Below are positions 17,978 to 27,009 of a stretch of DNA of 64,000 nucleotides, piece by piece (position 1 is the stretch's first letter; every line of letters begins with the position of its first letter). The notes beneath the pieces were generated by a model, which was given only the letters and a program-made list of their open reading frames with translations, was not told the origin of the DNA and ran no database searches. The translations under genes and the position numbers were made by a program. The DNA comes from Thermoplasmata archaeon (GTDB lineage: Archaea > Thermoplasmatota > Thermoplasmata > RBG-16-68-12 > JAFNFQ01): positions 29,125 to 93,124 of the forward strand of contig JBGPQV010000010.1 in the NCBI GenBank assembly GCA_041489255.1. The letters run 5' to 3'.

Positions 17978-20158
17978 ATGTCAAGGACCTCGGCGCTTGC
18001 TCTGACCCTCTGCTTAGTATTCATCTCAATTGGGGTCGCGCTCAGCCCTCCCAGGGCCGCGGGTGCGCAGCCCGACCTCAAGCTCTACAAGACTGCAAGT
18101 GCGAGCGTCGTGTCGCCGGGGGATGCCCTCTCGTACCAGATATTCTTTCAGAATCTCGGACCGCAAACCTCCACGATCGTATGGATAAACGACACTCTGC
18201 CCTCCGACATCATCTACGTCAACGATACCGCCTACCTCCATTACAGCCCCGGTGTTGGTTTTTTTGAGTACAGCACGCTTCTAGGCAACGTTCTCCACGT
18301 CAAGTTCAATCAAGTGCCCCCCGGGAACCAAAGCTTCGTCATTTTCGTCACAATCGGGAACTCGGTATTCGACGGGCAGGTGTTGACGAATAGAGCATCG
18401 ATGAACTACACTAGCAGTGGGGGCAGGCTCCAGCCGCAATTGAACGCGACGGCATCCGTGACCGTCTCGATGCCGGTCCTGCAACTCGGCAAGTCTGTCG
18501 AGTACGATTCCCGTGACCCGTCCAGACTGAATTTCACTCTGACCGTTGGGAATGCGGGTTCAGCCACAGCTCTGAGCGTATGGGTGAACGACACCCTACC
18601 CGCGGGCGTTCAATATGTATCGTTTCAGGCTCCGCCCGGCGTGACATGCGCGGAGAATCCGCCCGGAACAGTTGCCTGCTTCCGCGGCAACTTCGCGGCT
18701 GAGAGTGAAGTGTGGAGGATAATGGCGAAGGTGACGGCACTTGTTCCGCCTGATGCTCCTGTGGTCAATTGGGCGTTCCTCAACGCGACGGATCAGGATG
18801 GCTCCTTGTTGCCTCAGCTGTCCGCAAGCGCGTCCTTCACGAGCCGGACGGCAGTGATGGGGCTCGCCAAAATCGTGGATCAGAGGAGGGCAATACCAGG
18901 CAGCAACCTTCTCTACTTCATCTACTACAACAGCTCGGGGCCTCTGCTCGCGAGAAATGTCTGGATAAACGATACCCTTCCCACCGGCGTGAGCGTCGTG
19001 AGCGTGAGTCCAACTCCTGTCCTGAACTCCTCAGGGCACGTCAATTGGTACTTCTCGAACTTGAGCACCGGTCCCCATGCAGTGAACATCGAGGTCTCAT
19101 TGTCCACGAGCCTGGGCAACGGCGTCGTGCTCACCAACCAGGTTACGATGGACTACTTCGACCAGATAGGCAGGAAAAGACCGAGGTCGACCCAGAGCGC
19201 CTCCACGACGGTGACCTTCGACATTCCGTCGATAAGGCTCGCGAAGATCGCGAATGTCGTTGAGGTGGCGCCCGGCGGGCAAGTGATGTACACGATCTAC
19301 TACAACAACACCGGAAACGCCATGGCTAAGACAGTCACCATAGAGGACACGTTTCCGGCGGGAGTCCAGATAATCGCCGCGGACCCTGCATACTCCAGCT
19401 TCTCCGGGAACCGCTACTTCTGGAACCTGCAAAACATCCCGCCCGGGTCATATCTGATTTCCATCACCATCAGGGTGGACGAGGGGGTCGCAGAGGGGAC
19501 CACGCTCACCAATACAGCCTCGATTACATACACAGACTCATTCGGCCAGGTGGTGGGAAGCAACTTCATGAGTGTGATTGTCACCGTCAGGAAGAATGTG
19601 CAGCCGCCCCCGGACGATGGAGGGAACCAGAGTGGGGACAACACCGTCCTCTATCTGGTCGCAGCCATCGCTGTCACTCTGGTTGTCATCATCGGTTTGT
19701 GGTTCTTCGTCGCCCGCCGCGGAGGTGACGCCGTGATTGACGACGTTTTCCTCCTGCACAGGGACGGCCTGCTCATCAGGCACTTCACTCGCAAGCTGAA
19801 CCCGGAGGTGGATTCAGACATCCTCGGCGGCATGCTAATCGCCGTGCAGAACTTCGTCAACGAATCTTTCGCTTCTGACAAGGGGCTTGCGACGGAAGGC
19901 GGGTTGGACGAACTCAAGTTCGGTAAGTACAGCATACTCATCGCGAGGGGGACGCATGTTGTCATGGCGGCGGTCGTGCTCGGAGGCAGGACCGTGAACA
20001 CCGTGAAGGAGATCAAGGCGGCGATTGAGGACCTCGAAAGAAACCTCGGTAAGGTTCTCGAAAAGTGGGGCGGGGACATGGGCCAGGTCGTGGGTGCGGA
20101 TAAATACCTGCAGGATCTGATGGCGGGAAAATACAAGGGGAAGGTGAAATCGGCTTAG
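17978..20158 (+). CDS. Type I membrane protein: signal peptide, 4 DUF11 repeats, TM helix, cytoplasmic longin-like domain
   Basis: Signal peptide MSRTSALALTL...AGA; four K...PG..L.Y...N.G...DTLP...N repeats; TM followed by RR; IDDVFLLHRDG...DSDILGGMLIAVQNFVNESF domain. Confidence 0.9.
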   Translation: MSRTSALALTLCLVFISIGVALSPPRAAGAQPDLKLYKTASASVVSPGDALSYQIFFQNLGPQTSTIVWINDTLPSDIIYVNDTAYLHYSPGVGFFEYSTLLGNVLHVKFNQVPPGNQSFVIFVTIGNSVFDGQVLTNRASMNYTSSGGRLQPQLNATASVTVSMPVLQLGKSVEYDSRDPSRLNFTLTVGNAGSATALSVWVNDTLPAGVQYVSFQAPPGVTCAENPPGTVACFRGNFAAESEVWRIMAKVTALVPPDAPVVNWAFLNATDQDGSLLPQLSASASFTSRTAVMGLAKIVDQRRAIPGSNLLYFIYYNSSGPLLARNVWINDTLPTGVSVVSVSPTPVLNSSGHVNWYFSNLSTGPHAVNIEVSLSTSLGNGVVLTNQVTMDYFDQIGRKRPRSTQSASTTVTFDIPSIRLAKIANVVEVAPGGQVMYTIYYNNTGNAMAKTVTIEDTFPAGVQIIAADPAYSSFSGNRYFWNLQNIPPGSYLISITIRVDEGVAEGTTLTNTASITYTDSFGQVVGSNFMSVIVTVRKNVQPPPDDGGNQSGDNTVLYLVAAIAVTLVVIIGLWFFVARRGGDAVIDDVFLLHRDGLLIRHFTRKLNPEVDSDILGGMLIAVQNFVNESFASDKGLATEGGLDELKFGKYSILIARGTHVVMAAVVLGGRTVNTVKEIKAAIEDLERNLGKVLEKWGGDMGQVVGADKYLQDLMAGKYKGKVKSA

Positions 20159-20221
20159 CCAGCGTGGGAATGTTTATAGGGCTGCCAGTCTAATATCTTC
20201 ATCAGGGTTCGAGGACGGCAG

Positions 20222-21052
20222 ATGGCACAGGAATTCCTCAAGCGCAAGGTCCTCCTTCTCGGGGACGGCGCCGTCGGCAAGACATCCTTGGTCCGTAGAT
20301 TCGTGGTGGACAAGTTCAGCGACGACTACATCACGACCATAGGGGCGAAGGTGACGAAGAAGGACATGCGCGTCCAGACTGGGATGGACGTGTTCGACGT
20401 CAGTCTCATCCTGTGGGATGTTCTCGGGCAGAGAGGATTTCACGCCGTGCAGAACAGCTCATTCCAGGGGGCAAGAGGGGTCATCCTCGTCTACGACATG
20501 ACCCGGCCCGAGACCGCGGAGAGCCTCAAGACCTACTGGTTGCCGCGGCTGAAGGAGGTCGCCGGCGAGATCCCTCGGATTCTGTTCGCAAACAAGGTTG
20601 ACCTGGTGGGCGAACGCAGCATGGCGGAGGAGAAGGTCAGCTGGCTCGCGGCCGAACTTGGCTGCGATTTCTACCTCACGAGCGCGAAGACGGGGGAGAA
20701 CGTGGAGCGGGGAATCGGGACCCTGGCGACGGAGCTCATAAAGGCCAGGCAGATGGAGATCTCTTACCTCTCAGAGCTTTCCGGCGAAATCGTCAACTCC
20801 GACACTGTCGGAGTGGCGGACATGATCATGGTCGACTTCTGCAACGACTTCGGCGGCATAGAGGCCGGAACGCCCGTCCTGAGAGAGCAGTTCACTCGGG
20901 CGGGTCTCGATGTGAAGAATCCTACAGCGGACAGTCTGGTGAGGGCCATAGATCTGCTTGCTGATGTGGAGAGCAGTTTCAAGCCCGCATCGGAGGTCGA
21001 GAAGGCGAAGACGAGGCGTCTCGGCTGGGTCAATGGGCTCGGAAAGCCTTGA
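20222..21052 (+). CDS. Rab-like small GTPase with a C-terminal helical extension
   Basis: G1 GDGAVGKTS, G2 FSDDYITTIG, G3 LWDVLGQ, G4 NKVD, G5 SAKTG; TTTATA box at 20173. Confidence 0.92.
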   Translation: MAQEFLKRKVLLLGDGAVGKTSLVRRFVVDKFSDDYITTIGAKVTKKDMRVQTGMDVFDVSLILWDVLGQRGFHAVQNSSFQGARGVILVYDMTRPETAESLKTYWLPRLKEVAGEIPRILFANKVDLVGERSMAEEKVSWLAAELGCDFYLTSAKTGENVERGIGTLATELIKARQMEISYLSELSGEIVNSDTVGVADMIMVDFCNDFGGIEAGTPVLREQFTRAGLDVKNPTADSLVRAIDLLADVESSFKPASEVEKAKTRRLGWVNGLGKP

Positions 21053-22580
21053 CCATGTAGGGCTCCTCGAGAACGTACCCCAACCGCCTGTAGTAGTCCC
21101 TTGCGCCCACACCGCTAGTGACCTTCAGCAGATCCGCATCAAGCTCCTCGGAGACAATCCTCTCGCATTCTGCCACGAGCCTGCGGCCGTGTCCTTGGTG
21201 CTGCCATTTGTCCTCCGGCGGTTCCTCAAAGGGGACCACCTCGCCAAACACCTTCAGCTCGCGGAGGAATGTCCCGGAGGCACATGATCGCATCCTCAGG
21301 TAACCGACGAGGGTCTCGCCATCAACATGCTCGAGGGAAAGGAAGGTCTCGCTCCCGCCAGAAGCCCCATAGTCAGTCCGGCGGAGCACGATGTCATCGG
21401 CATGCATCGATCTGTTGGTCAGCCCGACCTCCCTGCATCTGATGCACCTGCACTTCTCTCCCGCACGGGCAAGTTCCCGCTTCGCGAGGTCCCGCAGGTG
21501 ACCTTTGTCCAGGCCCGCCTCTATCGAGCTGACTTCGATCTCCCGCTGGATGCGCTGGATGCGCACCCAGGGCGGGACCATGATCTTCACTCGAGCGATG
21601 AGGCGGACTGCATCTGCGGTGGTAAGGGGAGCGTACTCGCCTCTCTTCCACATGTCGTACAGGCCGGTGCCCTTGAGCACCACTGTCGGATAGATCTTGA
21701 GCATGTCGGGTCTGAAGGACTCATCGCTGAATATGGTCCGGAAGGACTCCACGTCGCCATCGAAATCGGCGCCAGGCAGACCGGGCATCATGTGATAGCC
21801 GACTTTCAGGCCCGCATCCTTCGCCCTGGCCGTAGCGGCGCGCACATGCGCGGTCGTGTGCCCTCGGTTCGCGCGCGCCAGCAGCTCGTCGCTGACGCTC
21901 TGCACGCCGAGCTCGACCCGCGTGACCCCGAGGCGCATGGAATGCCGGATCTGCTCATCAGAGAAGCAATCGGGCCTCGTCTCAACGGTTAGCCCGACGC
22001 AACGCGACCCGGCAAGCTCATTCAGCGTTTGCGCTTCTCGCAGATCCGCGGAGGCGCCTTCGTTCATCGCATCGAGGCATCTCTGCACGAATCCTTCCCT
22101 GTAATCGGGCCTCAGGTTGGTGAATGTCCCTCCGAGGATTATCAGCTCTATCTTGTCTGTAGGGTGACCCATGGCTTCAAGCTGGCCTAGTCTCGCCGAG
22201 GTCTGACCGAAAGGATCGTAGTCGTGTTGCGCTGCCCTCATGGCGGCGGGTTCCCTTCCGGTGTATGATTGAGGGGTACCGACAGCGGGCCCGCCGGGAC
22301 AGTAGAGGCACCTTCCATGCGGACACGGGAACGGCGCGGTCATCACCGCGACAACCGCGACGCCGGAGGCCGACCTGGTCCTTTTGATTTTCAGGAGGTC
22401 TTTCATCCTCTCGCGGAGTTCAGGAGATGCGTGGCTGAGGATTTCGGAATCGCTAGGGACATGCTCCAGGCCATGCTGGCCGCAGAGTTTGATCTTCGCC
22501 CTGTGCAGTTCCTCCTTGGTCCTGATGCCCTCGGCTACAATCTTCGTGAGGAGTTCGCTGAAGAAAGGATCGGTCGTCAT
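21030..22580 (-). CDS. elp3: tRNA uridine(34) acetyltransferase Elp3 (radical SAM + GNAT)
   Basis: CPHGRCLYCPGG, QSYTG.EPA, GGTF, ETRPD, VELGVQS, KIYPT, RELKVFG, WQHQGHG, SGVGARDYY. Confidence 0.95.
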   Translation of the reverse strand: MTTDPFFSELLTKIVAEGIRTKEELHRAKIKLCGQHGLEHVPSDSEILSHASPELRERMKDLLKIKRTRSASGVAVVAVMTAPFPCPHGRCLYCPGGPAVGTPQSYTGREPAAMRAAQHDYDPFGQTSARLGQLEAMGHPTDKIELIILGGTFTNLRPDYREGFVQRCLDAMNEGASADLREAQTLNELAGSRCVGLTVETRPDCFSDEQIRHSMRLGVTRVELGVQSVSDELLARANRGHTTAHVRAATARAKDAGLKVGYHMMPGLPGADFDGDVESFRTIFSDESFRPDMLKIYPTVVLKGTGLYDMWKRGEYAPLTTADAVRLIARVKIMVPPWVRIQRIQREIEVSSIEAGLDKGHLRDLAKRELARAGEKCRCIRCREVGLTNRSMHADDIVLRRTDYGASGGSETFLSLEHVDGETLVGYLRMRSCASGTFLRELKVFGEVVPFEEPPEDKWQHQGHGRRLVAECERIVSEELDADLLKVTSGVGARDYYRRLGYVLEEPYMVKAFRAH

Positions 22581-22888
22581 GCGTACATGGGCCCCTCGTA
22601 GTCCTTGACCGTCTGCTTCCTCCCGCCCGACTGCTTGTAGCGCCTCCGCTGCGAGGGCTTGATGCCGGTGAAGTGGAAGTCCGAGCGGAGCAGTCTGATG
22701 AAGGTCCTGTCCGGCAGGGGTTCCAGCTCGACTATCCCTCGTTGTACGAAGGACTTGATGACCCTGTCGAGCCGGTCGCGCTTGATCTTCAGCTCCCTCA
22801 CCAGATCCTCGACCGTGGCCGGGTATACCTCGAGCAGGTACCTGAGGATCCTCTCTTCGATCGACCCGTTTAGCACTTCGACCGGCAT
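22577..22888 (-). CDS. Winged-helix DNA-binding protein
   Basis: HTH pattern EERILRYL...TVEDLVRELKI...LDRVIKSFVQRGIVEL; overlaps the elp3 start. Confidence 0.75.
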   Translation of the reverse strand: MPVEVLNGSIEERILRYLLEVYPATVEDLVRELKIKRDRLDRVIKSFVQRGIVELEPLPDRTFIRLLRSDFHFTGIKPSQRRRYKQSGGRKQTVKDYEGPMYA

Positions 22889-22967
22889 GATAGGACAGCA
22901 CCGCCAGCGTCGGACTTAAGCCTTTTCGCGAAATCGCCGGATGTTGGCCGCCGTCTCAGCTCGTTGC

Positions 22968-23246
22968 TCAGCCGTACATCGTCTGCGGCTTCTCGGGCTT
23001 TTTCTCTTCCTCCACGGCCTGGACGACATCTATCGCGATTATCATGTGGCAGGGTATGAGCCTGATACGGCCCGCCATGTCCTTGTGGCTCTCGTCCAGC
23101 TCCATGACTATGGCGTCGTCGGGACCGATCGTCGCGTACCCCTTGAAGACGCCATGAGTGAGAAGCGGCTTCTCGCGGGTCTCCATGCTCTCTATCCGGT
23201 ATCTCGACCCTTTCGTCAGCGACACGCTTTCCTCACCAGGGCTCAT
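22968..23246 (-). CDS. Small conserved hypothetical protein (beta-rich, Sm/SH3-like pattern)
   Basis: ATG 23246 coupled to the upstream stop and preceded by GGAGG; host codon usage. Confidence 0.7.
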   Translation of the reverse strand: MSPGEESVSLTKGSRYRIESMETREKPLLTHGVFKGYATIGPDDAIVMELDESHKDMAGRIRLIPCHMIIAIDVVQAVEEEKKPEKPQTMYG

Positions 23247-23710
23247 TTCCCCGCCTCCTCGTTCTCCGACAGGTTCTGCAGGTGTTCCACGGTCTTGCGG
23301 TAGTTCTCCATCGCTATCTCTACGTTGGATTCGACGAAGTTCCACGCCTTCGCGATGTTCCCGTAGCGTATCCTGTACCCTTTCTTCGGTTCCCCGCCCT
23401 TCTGCGGCACATCGACCTCGTCCAGCAGGTCGAGGCTCTTCAGCTTGTTGATGTGGCGGTAGATCGTCGGTTTCGTCGTGTGCAGCTTGGCGGCGAGCTG
23501 CTCAACTGTCCACCCCTTGTCCATCCGCCTGAGGAAGCAATTGACAAAGAGGCTGTGCGGGACGCTCTCGTTCAGGTTTCTCGCCTTCGTCTTGGGGTCG
23601 TAGCCCTTGGGGATGTAGCCGATCTGACTCAGAAAAAGGGCTGCGACTTCATCCAGATCCTTCAGGGGGGTCAGAGGGGTATTGCTGACGACAACGATCT
23701 CGAAAGACAT
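23243..23710 (-). CDS. HTH (ArsR/TrmB-like) transcriptional regulator
   Basis: WTVEQLAAKLHTTKPTIYRHINKLKSLDLL HTH. Confidence 0.82.
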   Translation of the reverse strand: MSFEIVVVSNTPLTPLKDLDEVAALFLSQIGYIPKGYDPKTKARNLNESVPHSLFVNCFLRRMDKGWTVEQLAAKLHTTKPTIYRHINKLKSLDLLDEVDVPQKGGEPKKGYRIRYGNIAKAWNFVESNVEIAMENYRKTVEHLQNLSENEEAGK

Positions 23711-23780
23711 CAGAATCCTTCCTTGGTCTGGCTGGAAATAAAGCAGCGCTTTTATGAATTTAACGGTGCGGCTTCCAAAA

Positions 23781-25745
23781 TCAGGGCCGCCGGTCGTCAA
23801 ATCGTGAGCCCGGAGGGTTTCTCCCGCGCGCGCCTTTCTTCCTGAACAACAGGACGCCCAGGAGGATCCACTCGAAGACCAGGGAGACCGTCAGTAACAA
23901 GGCCATGGGCCAATAGGGCCCGAACAACGACGTGCCGTCGCGCCCCCCGTCGGCGCCTTCCCCGAGATAGAGGTCCACGATGAACGAGCCAAACCTTTGA
24001 TAGCGGAGCGTGAACTCAAGGCTTGCCGATCGTCCCCCTTCATCGGCTTCCACTTTCAAGCGGTCCCCATTCTTGATCCAGACCGGATAGACCACATCGA
24101 TTGCGTAGGATCCACTGGAGGTCGAGGTTGTCACATTCTGGCCGGTCCTCAGATTTGTGACCCTCACTGTTGCGCCGTCTACGGGATTCCCCGATGAGTC
24201 GCGCACGGTGCCGTGGATTCTCAGCACGGCCGTGGCCTGGATGTCCCTGAAGGAGGTGGAGTTGATTGTCCCTTGGGTTTGACGGAAATAGAGGTAGAAA
24301 TCGTAGATTCCAGGATATGGCAGCGAGACATTCTCGGTGTAGTACACGCCCGCTGAGACGGCGTACGTGAGGCTCGCGAGGAGCGAATCCCCTACGTACT
24401 CATCGACTATGACATCGCCATTCCCTGACGCGCTGAACAGGATTCTGGCGTTGTCCAGCCTCATGTCGGAGTTGAGATCCTCTGGTGTGAGCGTCGCCGT
24501 GAATGCCACGCGCGGGCGGGTCGAATTGTGGTAAGTCTTCAGGTGTTCATCCCATAGGCTGTCCTGACTGAGGGCGAGCTGGCCATAGTCCTTCATCTTC
24601 GATCCCATTGTCCAAGGATACCAGAGGGATAGGCCGGTCGCGTTCCTTGCCTTGACGCAATTGATAGCGCCGGTCAGGTTCATGTGCCTCTCGTGCACGA
24701 CAGCGCTCTGGACGGCCGCCTCCAGTTCCACGGCCGCCGACAGCACGCGCCCGCTTTGAACGAGAGTCCTCGTCTTCGTGGCAACATCCGAGAGATCGTA
24801 GTCCTCCCCCGCCATGGGGGAGCTGCACTGGTTACTTTCATAGTGCTCGCTCTCGTTCCTCGCTCGAACCACTGAGTCCACGAAGTACGGCAGGGAGGAG
24901 TTCACCGCCGTAACGAAGCCGTTCAGGCTGGAGACTACCCCTGTCAGCATGCTCGAGTTGACCAGCGCCATGGTGACGGAATAGCTGGAGGCGTTCGGGT
25001 AGCTGTAACTGTCTATGTATCGGTCGACGAGAACGCTGCCGAACTGGACAGGATTCATGGCCGGGTCGGCGGCCAGAGCTCCCAGGACCGTGTCGTAAGG
25101 CCAGCCCTCAGCAGGCTCGTCCTTCTCCGATCCGACCATATAGTTCACATATGGGCTGGCCTGATACATTATCTCCAAGGTCATCCTGCAAGCATCGTTG
25201 GCCAGAATATCCAAAGGCCGGCCGAGGAATGTCTTTATGTCCGCCAATGCGAAGCCAAGCTCGATTGCGGTCATGTGATCGTTCGGGTTGGGGGCATCAT
25301 CGGTGGCGACCCCCTGCCATCCCAGACCGTGGTCCCAGATATCGAGGAAGTAACGGTCGGCAGGATATGCGGTAACAGCCCATTTGACGAAATCCGACAA
25401 AGTCGTCGGATCAGCCATGTTCAGCTCGCCGAGGTCCTGCATAGCGTTGCCCGCATCGGGCGTCATGTCCTTCTCCACGCGAAAACGTTTTGTCGTCGAC
25501 CAATCTCCATACGATGTATCGTAGCTCGAACTCCTGTCGAACTGCACCACGATGTTGACATCGTTCGTGGAGCCGACCTGGGCCATATGGAGGAAGTTGT
25601 CTATCCCCACGTCCTCGAGATTGTTGTCAGCGTCGAGGTAAACCATGAATGTCCACTTTGAGTTCTGCGCGCTTGCGGGCCTGATTCCCGCCATAAGGCC
25701 GAGTAGCAGGAAGCCGAGGACGAGGGCGACAACCGACTTCATCAA
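23781..25745 (-). CDS. Membrane-anchored clostripain-family (C11) cysteine peptidase
   Basis: Signal peptide; WTFMVYLDADNNLE, WDHGLGW (His), DACRM (Cys); carboxypeptidase-regulatory-like domain; C-terminal TM. Confidence 0.9.
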   Translation of the reverse strand: MMKSVVALVLGFLLLGLMAGIRPASAQNSKWTFMVYLDADNNLEDVGIDNFLHMAQVGSTNDVNIVVQFDRSSSYDTSYGDWSTTKRFRVEKDMTPDAGNAMQDLGELNMADPTTLSDFVKWAVTAYPADRYFLDIWDHGLGWQGVATDDAPNPNDHMTAIELGFALADIKTFLGRPLDILANDACRMTLEIMYQASPYVNYMVGSEKDEPAEGWPYDTVLGALAADPAMNPVQFGSVLVDRYIDSYSYPNASSYSVTMALVNSSMLTGVVSSLNGFVTAVNSSLPYFVDSVVRARNESEHYESNQCSSPMAGEDYDLSDVATKTRTLVQSGRVLSAAVELEAAVQSAVVHERHMNLTGAINCVKARNATGLSLWYPWTMGSKMKDYGQLALSQDSLWDEHLKTYHNSTRPRVAFTATLTPEDLNSDMRLDNARILFSASGNGDVIVDEYVGDSLLASLTYAVSAGVYYTENVSLPYPGIYDFYLYFRQTQGTINSTSFRDIQATAVLRIHGTVRDSSGNPVDGATVRVTNLRTGQNVTTSTSSGSYAIDVVYPVWIKNGDRLKVEADEGGRSASLEFTLRYQRFGSFIVDLYLGEGADGGRDGTSLFGPYWPMALLLTVSLVFEWILLGVLLFRKKGARGRNPPGSRFDDRRP

Positions 25746-25838
25746 CGATTAAAAAACCTTCCAATCGTATTTAGAGCTATCGTGACGGACGCTATTGCCG
25801 GCGGCTGCCGATGCAGCGTTTTCCTCCATTTTCTGTAA

Positions 25839-26372
25839 TCAAGCCGCCGCAAGCAGGTCCTTGCCCGTCAGCAGGGAGTACAGCGAGACTCCGATGCCGC
25901 TGAGGCTCTCCTGCCCGCCTTCTTGGCGGTCGACCACGCAAACGACCCTGTCAATCGATGCGCCCTTCTCACGCAGGTCGAGTATGGCCTTCACAAGAGT
26001 CCCGCCGGTCGTGACCACATCCTCGACGAACAGGATCTTCTCGCCTCTCACCATCTCGCCCTCGAAAGGCTTCTGGGTGCCGTGTTCCCTCTTTTCCTTC
26101 CTCACCATGATGTATGGCAGGTCGGTCTCGAGTGACACAGCGGCGGCGATCGGGACGGCACCGAGTTCCACCCCCGCTATCCTCGCGTAGCCGGAAGCAT
26201 GCGGGGCCATGCCCCTCGCGATGATCCTCAACAAATCAGGGCGGGTGATCGCGGCCTTGATGTCGACGTAGTAGCCGCTCCTTTTTCCCGACGTGAGGAT
26301 GAAATCGCCATATTTCAGCGCACCGCATTTCCGCAACGCGTTCACTAACCACTTTTTATCTATTCTATCCAT
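25839..26372 (-). CDS. pyrE: Orotate phosphoribosyltransferase
   Basis: GDFILTSGKRS.YYVD, RKEKREHG, VEDVVTTGGT PRPP motif. Confidence 0.95.
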   Translation of the reverse strand: MDRIDKKWLVNALRKCGALKYGDFILTSGKRSGYYVDIKAAITRPDLLRIIARGMAPHASGYARIAGVELGAVPIAAAVSLETDLPYIMVRKEKREHGTQKPFEGEMVRGEKILFVEDVVTTGGTLVKAILDLREKGASIDRVVCVVDRQEGGQESLSGIGVSLYSLLTGKDLLAAA

Positions 26373-26930
26373 CTACCACGGCACCTCCTTCTTCCCGAGT
26401 CTGTAGCCGACTATGTTGACAGCCCTATGTAGGAATGGCGTCAGCACAATCACGAATATGAGGCCGAACACGGCCTCTCCCTCCCAGTAATGCTGGACGA
26501 ACCAGCCGTTCTGGAATATCGCGAGCAGGACCATCGCACCGACCATGAAATCGTACTGGTCCAGTCCGAGCACGGGAGCGCCCTTCGGCTTCCCCATGCG
26601 TCTCTTGATGAAGCTGCCGACCAGGTCTCCCAGGAGCGCACCGACTGGCAAGAGCACGAGAGGTGCCAGGGCGCCGGGGAAGGCACCGTATTCGAGCGGC
26701 TCGTACACCAGAGCCGCCAGCCCCCAGAGGATCAGGCCGAGGATGATGCCGCACATCACCCCGCCGCAGAAGCCCCGCCAGGTCTTGCCATCGCCGAAAA
26801 GCCTGTTCCCATCCTTGAGAACCTTCCCGAAATCCATCGGCGTGCCGCCGCCGAAGAGGACAGCCGTCGGGTTCGCGACATACGCGGGAAGGAAGAACCA
26901 GAAGGCCTGGAACAGTTCGAGCGCGACCAC
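26373..26930 (-). CDS. carS: CDP-archaeol synthase (CDP-2,3-bis-O-geranylgeranyl-sn-glycerol synthase)
   Basis: PAYVAN, DGNRLFGDGKTWRG, GDLVGSFIKRR, LDQYDF, KEVPW; GTG start at 26930. Confidence 0.93.
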   Translation of the reverse strand: MVALELFQAFWFFLPAYVANPTAVLFGGGTPMDFGKVLKDGNRLFGDGKTWRGFCGGVMCGIILGLILWGLAALVYEPLEYGAFPGALAPLVLLPVGALLGDLVGSFIKRRMGKPKGAPVLGLDQYDFMVGAMVLLAIFQNGWFVQHYWEGEAVFGLIFVIVLTPFLHRAVNIVGYRLGKKEVPW

Positions 26931-27009
26931 TGAGCTGCGAAAGGAGTAGCGGGATATTAAGGGCTTGGACGCGAATCGGCCAGCAATCAGAGTGCGACTG
27001 GCAAAGAGG

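Noticed and set aside
22580-22901. 107-aa N-terminal extension on Elp3 in the ORF track
   Set aside because: It is an off-frame reading of the upstream wHTH gene; Elp3 homology starts at ATG 22580.
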